From contig OZ024742.1 of assembly GCA_964016885.1 (NCBI GenBank), positions 147,870,001-147,934,000 of the forward strand: 64,000 nt of DNA, read 5' to 3'. A program made the position numbers and the translations under genes. The DNA comes from Eledone cirrhosa. Lineage: Eukaryota. The notes beneath the pieces are model-generated. The model made no database searches, was not told the DNA's origin, and worked only from the letters and a program-made list of their open reading frames with translations. Shown here in pieces: positions 1 to 12,018 of this stretch (position 1 is its first letter; each line of letters opens with the position of its first letter).

Positions 1-533
1 ACAAAGGCATTTAGTAACAGAGTCAAGTGCATCTATAATTATAGGTACACATGTAAATTTATAATCCAGAAAAAGAAGAGTAAATTTCAAAGCAATTACA
101 CACACACACACACGTGTGTGTGTGTTTCCCCTGCTATACACACACACACACATGCATATATAACAGTTGATCAACAAGATCGCAGACCTCATTTGCTTAA
201 TGAGTGGGGTGGAGCTCGTCAAATCGGACCGAGGAAACAATGTTTCCATTGGTCTTTCCAATTGCTAATACTATCTACCGGTTACAAACCCAGGCAGAAG
301 GAGCAACATGAAATAAAGTGTCATGCTCAAGGACACAACATGGCATCCAATCTGGAAATTGAACTCACAACCTCATGATCCTTCACAATATATATATAAA
401 ATGAAATAAGACAGTAAAAGCAGGACAGATATTGCTATGTAATAAAACATTTTTTTACACATTTAAAAAGGAGACAAACCTATAAAATTAATACACAGAC
501 ACACAAATTGTAAAAGGCATATGACAATCCTAC

Positions 534-707
534 CTGTGGCTCTTCAGGAGCAACATTAAGGCCATTACCAGTTGCAGTAGCATAATAGCTGTGTCTCCAC
601 GATGCAATTGGTGGTACAGGTACATCATCACAATGTTTTAGCTGTATAGGTATAGTAACTTGCCAATATATTCGTAGAGGACCTTCCAAAATGTCTACAC
701 CATTTAC
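534..707 (-). CDS. RASSF2: Internal coding exon (174 bp, phase 0-0) of a RASSF2/4/6-like Ras association domain family protein
   Basis: Minus strand reads ttttttgtaattattccag|GTAAATGGT...CCACAG|gtagga. It translates to VNGVDILEGPLRIYWQVTIPIQLKHCDDVPVPPIASWRHS..., matching the RASSF2/4/6 motif I-x-EG-x-L-x-I-x-W-x(4)-PI-x-L-x(3)-DD (recognised from family knowledge). The gene continues beyond position 1. The paralogue assignment is uncertain. Confidence 0.88.
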
Positions 708-1109
708 CTGGAATAATTACAAAAAAAGTTTTTTTTACTTGAATATGGGCTCTTAACTACTGATGGAGTCATAGGGCATTTAAACCTGGCAAAGACCATC
801 TCTTTCTACTTCTGAACACAGCTGTGTGCATGTGTGCGTGAGAGAGAATACTAACCCCAATACTAGATACGTGCTTGGTACTTGATTCAGTGACCTTGAA
901 AGGATGAAAGATAAAGTTTATCTCAGCGAGATTTGAACTCAAAGCACAGAGAACTGGAATGAATACCACAAAACATTCTATCTGTTGTTCAGTTTGTAAA
1001 CATGAGAAGTTTACTTATGACAGTGCATAAATATTTTTAAATTACAGAAATATAGAAACAATTATCTGTATGTTCCTTCCTCAATAAAAATATATCCTTT
1101 GAAATGAAC

Positions 1110-1530
1110 AGTGACTGTATGACGCCTGTGTGTGATGTTGCATGGTAATGAAACATTAGTGACTGCAGAAGACATGACTGGAGAGAAATGAAGCAGCCAT
1201 GCTTTTTTGGATTTGCAATGTAAAAGTGAGAGAAAGGCAGAGCTTGGATGAACTGAGGGAGAAGCTGGGTTTAAGAGTAATCCGAGGTGGTGTGCAGAAG
1301 AGAAGACTGCATTGGTATGGACATGTGATGTGCATGGATGATGATTGATGGGTGAAGAAGTGCCAGGAAATGGCAGTGGAATGAAGCCACAGTAGAGGTT
1401 GTGTGAGCTACCTCAAATCGTTGAGATTCACAAAGGAGATGACAAAGAAACATGGCGAGTAGAGAGATGCTGTGTTGAGAAGAACTCGTCCAACCCATGC
1501 AAGCATGGAAAAACGGATGTAATGATGATG
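1110..1530 (+). mobile_element. RTE-clade LINE 3' fragment (decayed)
   Basis: Contains a remnant of 'RRLHWYGHVM' (agaagactgcattggtatggacatgtgatg) and the 3' tail gcaagcatggaaaaacggatgtaatgatgatgat. Confidence 0.7.
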
Positions 1531-3908
1531 ATTGTATTGTAGTGAGACATGAACACTGAATATAGATGATGTAAGAAGGCAGGAAAAAAATGAAGTGAGC
1601 ATGCTTTGCTGGAAGTGTAAATATTAAAGTGTGTGAATTTTGAGGCAGAGAGGAGTTGAAAGAAAAACAAGACAAAGTTCTTATCCAACTGACCAAGAGA
1701 ATAGAACTCTTCATACCAACTAACTCAAAACCATCTTTGGTTCTATGAAACAAAACCACCCATTTCAAGGGATTCCCTTTTAAGTTGAAACCTTCTAACA
1801 TTTGAATTCCTTTTTAAGTTGAAACATTCTAACTTATGTTACAATACCATCTTTATGAAATAATTAATAATTAAAATAAATCCCTCCAAATTCTTCATTA
1901 ATTCAAATAGGGTGTATTTCATAACGTTAAACCTTAAATATAAATAATAGAATGCTCCTCTAACTCAATGACATCATACAATCAGTTAAACATGAACATT
2001 TAGGAAATATTTTGAAAAATAATTTACCAATTAAAACACTAGAAATATCCTGACTTATTGAGTTGAAAAGTTTATATGAAGCATTATGAGATATGTAATC
2101 ATCATCATCATCATTTTAAAGTTTCTTTCCATACTAGCATTGGTTGGCTGACGTTTTTCTGAGGTACAATTCTAAAGTCAGGTGTCCTTTCTGATGCCAA
2201 CCTTCACTTTTCTTTTTAAGTAATGCATTTACATTCACATGTCTCTAACCACCGATGTCAAATGTGAAGCAGAGATATGCACACACACACGTGTCTGTAT
2301 ATGTGTGTATATATATATATGGAGAGAGAGAAAGAGAGATGTTACTAATTGAGACCAAGACCATTTATTCAAATTGGTACTGAAACTTAAAAGAAAGTAG
2401 TGTGTAGATATTATTATGAGACATGTAAGCATTATGGTCAAGCTTAAACTGCTTCAATAGTAAAATAGCATTCTACCATTGAAACGATTTAAGTTTGACC
2501 ACAAGGCTTACATGTCTTTCTAACATTGGCACACAGTCAGCAATTTGGAGGATGGGGAAAGTTAGTTAAATTGATCCCAGTACTTAACTGGTACTTTATT
2601 TTATTGACCTTGCAAGATTGAAAGGCAACGTTGACCATGGCAGGATTTGAACTCAGAATGTAAAGAACCATAACTAAATGTTGCAAAGCATTTTATCCAA
2701 TGCTCTAATGATTCTACTAATCCACCACCCTAAAATACTAATAATAATTTACACACACATGCTTATTAATGATTTCATATTACCAGATCAAATAAAGTTA
2801 GACTCCACTATTTCTCAGACGTTTTGGAGATAAGTGGATCATAATGATGATTAGAAAAGCTGTCATCTCTGTGAGAGAGTTTAACTGGATTAATTTGATT
2901 TTGGTATCATTGTCAATCATTGCTGGCTTAGTATTTGTCTTAAATAACATCTCTTCACAAATCTGTATAATGTCACCTTTTAACTTTGTAACCCCCTTTT
3001 CTTCAAGATATATCTTCTTGCCACTGCTATGTTCCCTTACAGTGTCATGACAGTGTTCTGTTTATCACATAATGTCCATTCACAAATGCAGTCATGACTG
3101 TGATTAATAAGTTTGCATTGCAGCCATGTGGTCTTGGGTCTTATCTCACTATCCCACTGCATGGCACTTTGGGTATTTTCAACTATAACCTTGGACTGAC
3201 CAGTGGCTTATGAATGAATTTAGTAGAAGGAAACTGTATGAAACTCAACAGTTGTTTATGTACTCCTTAAACAATACATCCTGCAGTATAGTGGTTCAAC
3301 AAACATTAACAGCATATACCACACTGAGAATAAGGGATAGGCTGGAATCCACCTGTGGAAGGCCTACCAGAAAAGATCTCATCCAACCCAAACTATCATA
3401 AAAAAGTGGATTTAAAAAAATGATAAAAAATAGAAAAAACCTAAACACCTAGCTATGATTTAAAGAAAGCTGAATGGAAAATACACAGCTTTTGTTATTG
3501 AAAATAATTTATCCTTTACTCATACATAATATAGTCAGCCTTCCATATTCAAACATCTGTTCTTTGATATGCTTGAAGCAAAGGAAAATGTACGTATAAT
3601 TTTCAGTTTAGCATTTCTGTCTCTTATTTCATATCTGCTACACACTGGTAGCAGGGAAAATGGACATTAAATGATGAGGATGATAATATCCCACTGACAT
3701 GCTGCCTGCAATCAAGAAGTTTTGCCTCAATTGTTGCCTCTTTTAGGAAATATATTCAGATTAGGTTTCCTATCATCCAACCATAAAGCAACACAACTCA
3801 TAAATATTGAAATTCTAGTTAACAGAGAAGCACTTAATGAAACCATTACGATCAAAGAACTGAAGAAGCATTAATACTGTAGGATTAAAAAACACTTTCC
3901 CTCTACCA

Positions 3909-3945
<37 letters not shown>

Positions 3946-5229
3946 CCATGTTCATAGTTCATCCAGATCATATGATGCAAGAATAGCTTATTTTGTAATT
4001 GATTTTGTCTCTGATGAACCAAACAGCTTCAAATTGCCACAATTCAATGACAAAAACTGTTTATTTTTAAATTTTTATATTTATCTTAAAACCTTTGATT
4101 ATAATTTTATGAAAGAACTTTTGATAAGTTATGTTCCAAACACCAACTTATTAATCCGAAAGTTAGTTATATTACTAAACACCTTTCTTGGTTATTTTCA
4201 AAATGGTTTGAAAATCATAGACAGTGTCTTTCATTAGAAAGATACTTGGCATGATTAAATTATTAATCATGCCAAGTGAACAGGAAATGGTAAGAAAACA
4301 TTATTTTAGTTTTCTCTACATATGACAGAATGAATGAGTATGATAGGGCTGGAGGGAAGGGAAGGCTTATTGTAAACCAAACAGTATTTGTTAGTCTAGT
4401 TTAGATTACAGTCATTAAAGTGCTTGATTATAATTAATTACAAAAGTCAAAGCATGTTATTGAAAGTACTGTGTGTCCAAAAATACTTAACTTGCCTTAA
4501 CCCTTTCATTACTGTAATTCTAATGAAATACACTATTTCAATTAATTAATGAAGAATTTTGAGGGATTTACTAAAATTATTAATTATTTCATTACTAAGA
4601 TAGTAACATACGGTTCATATATAAATTATGTTGGAAATGTTAATATAAATAGGCACACTTTAAATTGGAGATTTTGTTTCATAGAACCAGTACTGGTTTT
4701 GGTTGGTTGATATCAAGAGTTAATCACTCTAGATCATTAATACTCAATGAAGGTGTAGGAAGACTCAAGAGGGCTACTGTAAAACAAAGTGGTGAGGGAT
4801 TTTAGGGGTTGAAGATACAAGTTAGTAGCTCAGAAAATACTTGGATGAAGCAAGCTGAGCAATTTAACCATTTTATTATCATATTTCTAATGAAGATATT
4901 GTCAATATGTTTGGAGTATAGCCTAACAAGAGTTTTTACATAAAATTATTATATGACAGTTTGGTTTCAAAAAGGTTAAGGTGCTACTTATTGAGTTGGT
5001 TGTGGGGGAAATTAATCTTATCACATCAGGTCCATAATCCCAATGGATAAATAAAAAAACTTCTGTATAGTATTAGTTTTGGTTATCCAATAAATGCTTA
5101 ACCATTTCTTTACCATATTTCTAATGAAAGACACCACCTACTATGAATTTCAAAACATAATTAAGAATTTGGAAGGCTTTAGTAATATAACTAACTTTCT
5201 CATAATTAAGCTGGTATTTTGAGAATAAT

Positions 5230-5427
5230 TTAACCTTTTAGCATTTAAACTGGTCATATTCGGCCAGAATTCTCTCACCTCTTTCTGTTCAAACTAGCCA
5301 TAACCAGCCCCTCATACTGTTCTCAAAATAAATAATATCAAAATCTCATAGATTCAATGTTATATGAGATAAAGCCTTTACTGTGAAAATACAATAGTAA
5401 ATATAGAGTAATGTGAATGCTAAAGGG
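5230..5427. mobile_element. TTAA/CC(C)-terminated MITE (piggyBac-like), family M1, degraded right end
   Basis: ttaaccttttagcatttaaac ... aatgctaaaggg; homologous to the copies at 6603, 13446 and 17036. Confidence 0.7.
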
Positions 5428-6602
5428 CGAAAGTTTTTTTTTACAGAAAATTATGATAGGATTTTAGAATATATCCAGTTTAGAATAGGTACACCATCTC
5501 TCTGCATGTTGTAAGAAGTGACTAAAAGGGTTGGTGTCAGGAAGAGCATCTGGCTGTAAAACATTGCCTCAAAAAAGCCATGTCTAACCCATGCCAGCAT
5601 GGAAAAGTTAACGTAATGATGATGATGATGATAAACAGTTTTTATATCATAAACTAGGGGCAGATTTAGGTGATTTGTTTGGTATCAAATGGGCTAAATA
5701 AAAAAATGAATTTAAATTTTTAATGTATCATTTTTAACTGACTTTCCTTTAGGAACAGTAGCACGGATGAATTATATTTGGGGGGCATTTTAAACTTAGC
5801 AAAGCCCATCCTTCTCCAGGTCAGAACACAACCAATTTCTTCCAGAGTGAGAGGGAGAGAATTTGTCCTTAATCCTGAACTGGTATTTTACTTATAGACC
5901 TCGAAAGGATGAAAGGTAAAACTGACCTTGGTGGGATTTGAACACAAATCAAGTGAGCTGGAACAAATATGGAGGTAATTTTAATTTGATACCCTAATAA
6001 TTTAGCCAATTCGCCTCCTTCTTCTCTGATATATCTAAACACAACATTTACTTATGTATGTATGTGTATATCATCTTCATCGTTTTTATGTCCACTTTTC
6101 CATGTGAACACATGATGGACAGGAGATCTTGATGTTTTCCTAGCATATTTGTAATAAGACATTGTTTTTACTATTCAAATCAAAAAAAAAAAAAAAAAAA
6201 AAAAAATCAAGAATTTAGAGGGATTTAATAAAATAACTTTTTAATTTTTAAACTTGTGTGGTGGATTAGCAGAATTGGTAGAGCATTGGATAAAATACCA
6301 TTGCACTATTTGTTCTGGTTCTTTATATTCTGACTTCAAACCCCACCCTGATCAACTTTGTCTATTATCCTTCCAGGTTTGATGAAATAAAGTACCAGTC
6401 AAGTATTGATGTTGAATTAATCAACTTCGCCCTTTTACAAAATTGCTGGCCTTGTGTCCAAATTAGAAAACATTATTAAGCATGTACTTGGAGCATAACT
6501 TAAAGATGATGGACAGTTTTTAGATAAATATAAACATATTTAAATATACAGTTTTATATCATAGAAGTAAGGGCAGATTTAGGCAATTTGGTATCAAATG
6601 GC

Positions 6603-6817
6603 TTAACCCTTTAGCATTCACATTATTTTATATATATTATTATATTTTAATGGTAAAGGCTTTACCTCACATAATATCGAATCTATGAGATTTTGAAAGT
6701 ATTTATTTTGAAAACAATACCTTAACATCAGTTTGAGCGACCAGTTACAGCCAGTTTCAACAGAAGGAGGTAGAGAACTCTGGTCGGTTTTGGCCGGTTT
6801 AAACACTAAAGGGTTAA
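6603..6817. mobile_element. piggyBac-like MITE family M1
   Basis: ttaa|ccctttagcatt ... aaacactaaaggg|ttaa: TTAA on both sides and CCC/GGG termini. Confidence 0.8.
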
Positions 6818-6888
6818 ACTAAGAAGCTAAAATTTTGGTAGGATTATAAAACAGCTAAATGTTCAATTTAGGAGCAGACACGTTAGTA

Positions 6889-7092
6889 ATAATGGTTTCT
6901 GATTCAGGCACAAGACCAGCTATTTTGGGGGAGGGGAAGTCGATTAAATCGACCCTAGTGCATTATTGGTTCTTTATTTTTCAACCCTGTAAGGATGATA
7001 AGCAAAGCTAGCCTTGGCAGGATTTGAACTCAGAACATAAAGGGACATAACTATGATGTCCGACGCTCTACCAATACTGCCAATTCACCACC
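6889..7092 (-). mobile_element. tRNA-derived SINE family A (long subtype)
   Basis: Reverse complement has a B-box (gagttcaaatcc), a central cttatcatccttacaggg...aaataaagaaccaat block and an attatt tail; shared with about 20 other copies. Confidence 0.8.
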
Positions 7093-7700
7093 CTAGACAG
7101 GTTAGTAATAATAAATCTTGATACCAACTGAAACCAATTTTTATTTAACTATACTGCTTGATTATATTTTGTATGTTATTTATTTTAATTCTCTACTTTT
7201 GTTTCTTTGTTCCAATTTTAGATATTAAAAATACATTCCGATATATAAAGAAATAGCAGTCTACCTTCATTTCATTTCAAATAAAACTAGAAATAGGTAT
7301 GAGCAAGACTATGTGGTCAAGGAGTTCATTTTACAACCACTTGCTTTTGGGTTAAGTTCCATTTGGTAGGCGAACATTTTTAGAAGACCATTTTTACTTT
7401 CCATGCTAGCATGGGTTGAACAGGATATTTTGTGGCAATGTTTTATAGCTAGATGCCTTTCCTGACGTTAACAATTTTAGGTGAGTATATATGTGTATAT
7501 GCATGTGTGTGTATTTAAGAATACTATTTGTTTATGTCTTATAACTTAGTGGCTCGACAAACAGGGGTCCAATGAAATAAGTGCTAAATTTGCAGAAATA
7601 AGTAGTGGGGTCAATAGAAGCAACTATAGCTATTAAAGGCAGTGGCCAAGTCGAATAACTGAAATCAGTAATAGAATAAATATATAAAAATATAACTTAC

Positions 7701-7776
7701 TTGATCCATACTTAAACAACCTCGTCTGCCTTCATAGAAAGCATTGTACAACTGGAATTTCTCCAATATATCTTGC
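7701..7776 (-). CDS. RASSF2: Internal coding exon (76 bp, phase 2-0) of the RASSF2/4/6-like gene
   Basis: tttttatctttcag|GCAAGAT...GATCAA|gtaagt. It translates to (R)QDILEKFQLYNAFYEGRRGCLSMDQ, similar to the RASSF2/4 'LLKTYNCYHEG' block, and joins in frame to exon 534-707. Confidence 0.85.
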
Positions 7777-7842
7777 CTGAAAGATAAAAATGCTTATATT
7801 CAGAACTGAATTCAAAATATGTAATAGATATGCATTAAATAT

Positions 7843-8150
7843 ACGAAGTTTGTCCCAAAAAGTAAGGGTACTGACATTTTATTTAAATATAAATTAGATG
7901 TACATGAAATCACGAATTTCAAATCATTCATTCAAAATAGTCCCACAGTGGTTCCAATGTTTTTCCATTGATTGTTGCAGTACCGAAAGTCATTTTCTTT
8001 GAGTGTCCTTGGCTCGTTGGTAACAATCTTTTGTATGTTTTCCACAGGGAAGATGTATAAATCACATGGAGCTAGATCTGGGCTGTAAGGAGGACGTGGA
8101 AGAGTGGTTTTTCTTTGTCAGAAATTCTCTAATTGTTGTGTGAGCAGGCA
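7843..8150 (-). mobile_element. mariner-type transposon remnant (one terminus plus transposase C-terminal motif)
   Basis: TA|cgaagtttgtcccaaaaagta resembles a mariner terminus. The minus strand near 8050-8100 encodes PRPPYSPDLAPCDLYIF, the mariner YSPDLAP motif. Confidence 0.8.
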
Positions 8151-8156
8151 TATATA

Positions 8157-8491
8157 TCATCATCATCATCTTACGTCCACTTTTCCTTGCTTGCAAGGGT
8201 GGGACGGGAACTGATTCTGGCTTGATTTCTACAGCTGGATGCCCTTCCTAACACCAACCTCATTTACAGTGAGTGCTGGGTGCTTTTTTGCCATGGCACC
8301 TCCACGACCACTTTGCAGTGGAATGATAGGGACCCCAGTCCATATCATCTCATTTCTACAGCTGAGTAAACTTGAGCAATGTGAAATAAAGTGTCTTGCT
8401 CAAGGAAACAACACATCACCCGGTCTGAGAATTGAACTCACAACCTTTTGATTGCAAGGCCAATGCTCTAACCACTAAACCATGTGCCTCC
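8157..8491 (-). mobile_element. tRNA-derived SINE family B (RTE-type 3' tail)
   Basis: Near-identical reverse complement of the copy at 48797-49143. Confidence 0.9.
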
Positions 8492-8606
8492 ATCTCATAT
8501 ATATATATATATATATATATATTTGGATTTAATGCTCTGAAATAGCGATATATATGTGAAGACAAACATAGAATATTCGATATGTAATTCGATATGTATT
8601 GGATAT

Positions 8607-8649
8607 GTAATCCTGAAGATTTCTAAGAAGAATGAAACGCGTAGATTAC
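8607..8649 (+). ncRNA. Minimal type I hammerhead ribozyme motif (Penelope-like element type)
   Basis: GTAATC-CTGAAGA-tTTCTaagaAGAAt-GAAACGCGTA|GATTAC. Stem I is GTAATC/GATTAC, the core is CUGANGA and GAAA, stem III is the palindrome ACGCGT, and the cleavage triplet is GUA. The pair at the base of stem II is U-U rather than canonical. Confidence 0.7.
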
Positions 8650-8827
8650 TTCCCTTACTTTTATCGAGAATCTCAAATTGTAATACGTGACGTATTCTAT
8701 TCTATAGCGATTGGGTCTTCAAAATGTTTATTATAAACATACAGAATATTTTCGAATATTCTATGTTTGTCTTCACACATATATATATATATATATGTTT
8801 GTCTTCACATATGTGTGTGTGAGTGTG

Positions 8828-8868
<41 letters not shown>

Positions 8869-9090
8869 GGTAAACAGATATAACACAATCGGTAATATAT
8901 GGAAGGGATATATTACGTTAACGCTTGATATAGCAGGAAGAGGGTTTTAATGTTTTGGACGCTAATATATATATATGTATTAGAAGGGAGAGGGGATTGG
9001 CATATAAATAGCATGAGCTGAATTCTGAGGTCCCATATCAAATTATAAGCTTGTACACCATCAATATTATTATATTGTCTTCCACATGGG

Positions 9091-9310
9091 GTGGTGGTTT
9101 AGCGGTATCAGTAGAGAGTCGGACACCATGCTTTGCAGCATAGAGTTATGGTCCTTTATCGTCTGAATTCAAATCCTGCCAAGGTTAACTTTGCCTTTAA
9201 TCCTTACGGGGCCAATAAAATAAAGCACCAGTAATGCACTGGGGTCGATTTAATCGACTTTGCCCTCCCACAAAATTGCTGGCCTTGTGCTTATAGTAGA
9301 CATCATTATA
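9091..9310 (+). mobile_element. SINE family A (long subtype), plus orientation
   Basis: gtggtggtttagcggtatcagtagagagtcggac...ctgaattcaaatcctgcc...ggccttgtgc...attat. Confidence 0.8.
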
Positions 9311-9789
9311 TTGTCTTCCTGGTAATGTGAGCAAATATTTAAAAAAAAATTCTAATCTGTTCTCTACAGGTGTGTGTATGTGCATGTGTGTACACATGTC
9401 GTTTGTAGACTATGTATAGTTAAATGCATGTTTTCAGACATATGTACATATGTGTGTGTGTGTGTCATTTTATTCATAGATTAGGTATATATGTCATTTT
9501 GTTTCAGTCTCCATTTACCATCCACCCCCACATCACCATACTTCAAACGGCAGTACCATTAATATAGCTTAACTCTAGCATCTCTATTTTCTATTAATAA
9601 TAAAAGGTATGAGTACTGTGTGTTTTATTGGACAGTGAGATGGCTGGAATTCAGGGTTTGGTAATTTCTTCTTGGCATGAATCCACTCGACCACAGGTAA
9701 TCAAGCAAATCTTCATTTCAGGCATGGAAAGCTGTCACCAACTCCAATATAGATATCACCTCTCTTTTCAAGTACCCATCCCACTCTTC

Positions 9790-10950
9790 CAATAAATTTC
9801 ATAACTTCAGAGCTGCAATCATTTATGTAGGCACAATGAGAGGATGATCAGGAGAGATTGTAGAAATGCCACAGCGCAAAAACAGTGGATGTGTGTTGTG
9901 TATAATAGACAAGATGGGGAGGAAGATCTGCTAGACTCCTTGTTGGTAAAGGACGATGTTCTGGATGGGTAATGATTGTGGGCTAAGTGGAGCAGGTATT
10001 CTGTTAGCAGAAAAATGGGTAGATAATGTTATTGTAGTAAACGGGGGTAAGTGACAAAATCATTAAACTCAGGATAGTCCTAGATAAAACAACTGTAACT
10101 ATTATATTTGCATTTGCATTACAATCAGGACTATCAGACATGCTAAAAGATGACTTCTATGAATCCCTAATACAGATTATTTCACTAGTAAACAACAAGG
10201 AACTCTTAATCATAGCAGGAGACTTTAATTGACATGTTGGACAATAGCTGATGGTTTCTATGGGATACACTGTGGGCATGAGTTTAGTGCGAGAAATGAG
10301 GAAGGATTCAGGCTCTTGGAATTCTGTGACACTAATGAACTGATGACCTGTAACACTAACTTCAAAAAAGCTTGACAATAACTTGATCACCTATAGATCA
10401 GTTGAGCACACCAGCCAAATAGATTTCATCCTCACCAGAAGGCAAGATAAAGCAATGGTAGTAAACACAAAGACCCTCCTGGTTAAGGAATACACCTCCA
10501 AACATAACCTAGTAGTCAACGACTTGCTAATTAGGGCTAGACGTACTTGGAGACATAGGGCAACCTAAAGATGAAGGATATGGAAGTTGAAGGAGCCCTC
10601 AGCCTGTAACAAATTTAGGATTAGGAATATCTTATTTGATGCTTTTGACGATAAGGAAGAAAAAATAGCCACATACAATATAGAGGAGCAGAAGGAGTTC
10701 CTGAGAGATAATCTACAGAAGGCTACAGATGAGGCATGTGGCTGGATCAGAGGTCCAGGGAGTATGAAAATTATTTGGTGGTGGAATAGTAGAGTTGATC
10801 AAATAATTAAGGCCAAGAGACAGGCATGGAAGACATGGCAAAATAGGAGTAGCAGAGAACTTTACGAAGAGGCCAGGAAAAGCAAGGCGAGAAGTAAAAT
10901 GTTTATGCATGTTATGCAATGTGAGGACCAAAGACATGAGGTGTTCAGGA
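9790..10950 (+). mobile_element. RTE-clade LINE fragment (AP endonuclease and linker), pseudogenised
   Basis: Remnants of APE motifs: 'IIAGDFN.HVG' (10210), 'ITYRS...SQIDFIL' (10383), 'HNLVV.D' and 'WWWNS.V' (10780); multiple stops and frameshifts. Confidence 0.8.
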
Positions 10951-10957
10951 TCATATA

Positions 10958-11684
10958 TGTATGTATCATCATTGTTTTACTTCCATTTTTCCACACTGGA
11001 TATGTTCATAAATGGGAGACATCTAAACTATAATAATTAGTAAAATAAATTCAGAAAAAAGTTAATTAATACATCAAAATTCCTTTACTGCATTTTCAAA
11101 ACAGTGTGTCAGGGAAAATAGAGATGTAGTGGGATCACTGACAAGCTAGCGAAGAACGTTGATTTAATATGTGACTGATGCACAGGTGCAGTAAGTTGCA
11201 AGAGCTCAGAGGATACTAGCTCTATTAAATGGCCCGAGGGCTTTGTAGAAATAGTTGATAGTTTCTGTTATCTAGGTGACAAAATTACCAGTGGCAGTGG
11301 GTGTTCCGAAAGTACAGAAGCCACAGTGAAAATGGGATGGAGAAAATTCAGCTACTGTACTTTCGGAACACCCTCTTCCACTGCTAATTTGGTCACCCAG
11401 TTAATAGAAACTGTTGACTATTTCTACAGAGTCCTCTGGGCATTTGAAGGAGCTAATATCCTATGGGCTCTTGCTACTTACTGCACCTGTGCATTGGCCA
11501 CATATTAAACCATCGTTCTTTGCTAGCATGTCAGTGATCCCACTACATCTCTATGTTCTATTGAAAATGCAGTAAGGGAATTTTGATAGGAGTATTAATT
11601 TTTTTCTGAATTTATTTTACTAATGTCTCCCATTTATGAATATATCCAGTGTGGAGAAATGGAAGTAAAACGATGATGATACAT

Positions 11685-11687
<3 letters not shown>
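10958..11687. repeat. Long diverged inverted repeat (arms about 10958-11321 and 11351-11687, loop about 29 nt)
   Basis: Pairs such as gggtgttccgaaagtacag/ctgtactttcggaacaccc and gagatgtagtgggatcactgaca/tgtcagtgatcccactacatctc occur along the whole length. Confidence 0.92.
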
Positions 11688-11725
<38 letters not shown>

Positions 11726-12018
11726 TACACATACATACACACAAATATACATACATATATGTATATACACACACAAATATGCATACATACATATATACAC
11801 ACACATATATATACATACACGCACACACACACAAATATACATACATATATACATACACACACACAAATATACATACATATATACATACATATATATATAT
11901 ACACACATATATATACATATACACACACATATATATACATACACACACATACACACATATATATATACATACACACATACATGCATGCATACACACACAC
12001 ACACACATACATATATAT
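11688..12018. repeat. Compound (TA)/(CA)/(TACA) microsatellite
   Basis: Direct inspection. Confidence 0.95.

Noticed and set aside
1271-1801. 176-aa minus-strand ORF
   Set aside because: Largely the antisense of an RTE LINE 3' fragment; no recognisable protein features.
2797-3060. About 88-codon stop-free minus-strand frame (EHCHDTVREHSSGKKIYLEEKG...)
   Set aside because: No convincing splice sites or motif, and it would interrupt the conserved RASSF block; it may be a decayed element.
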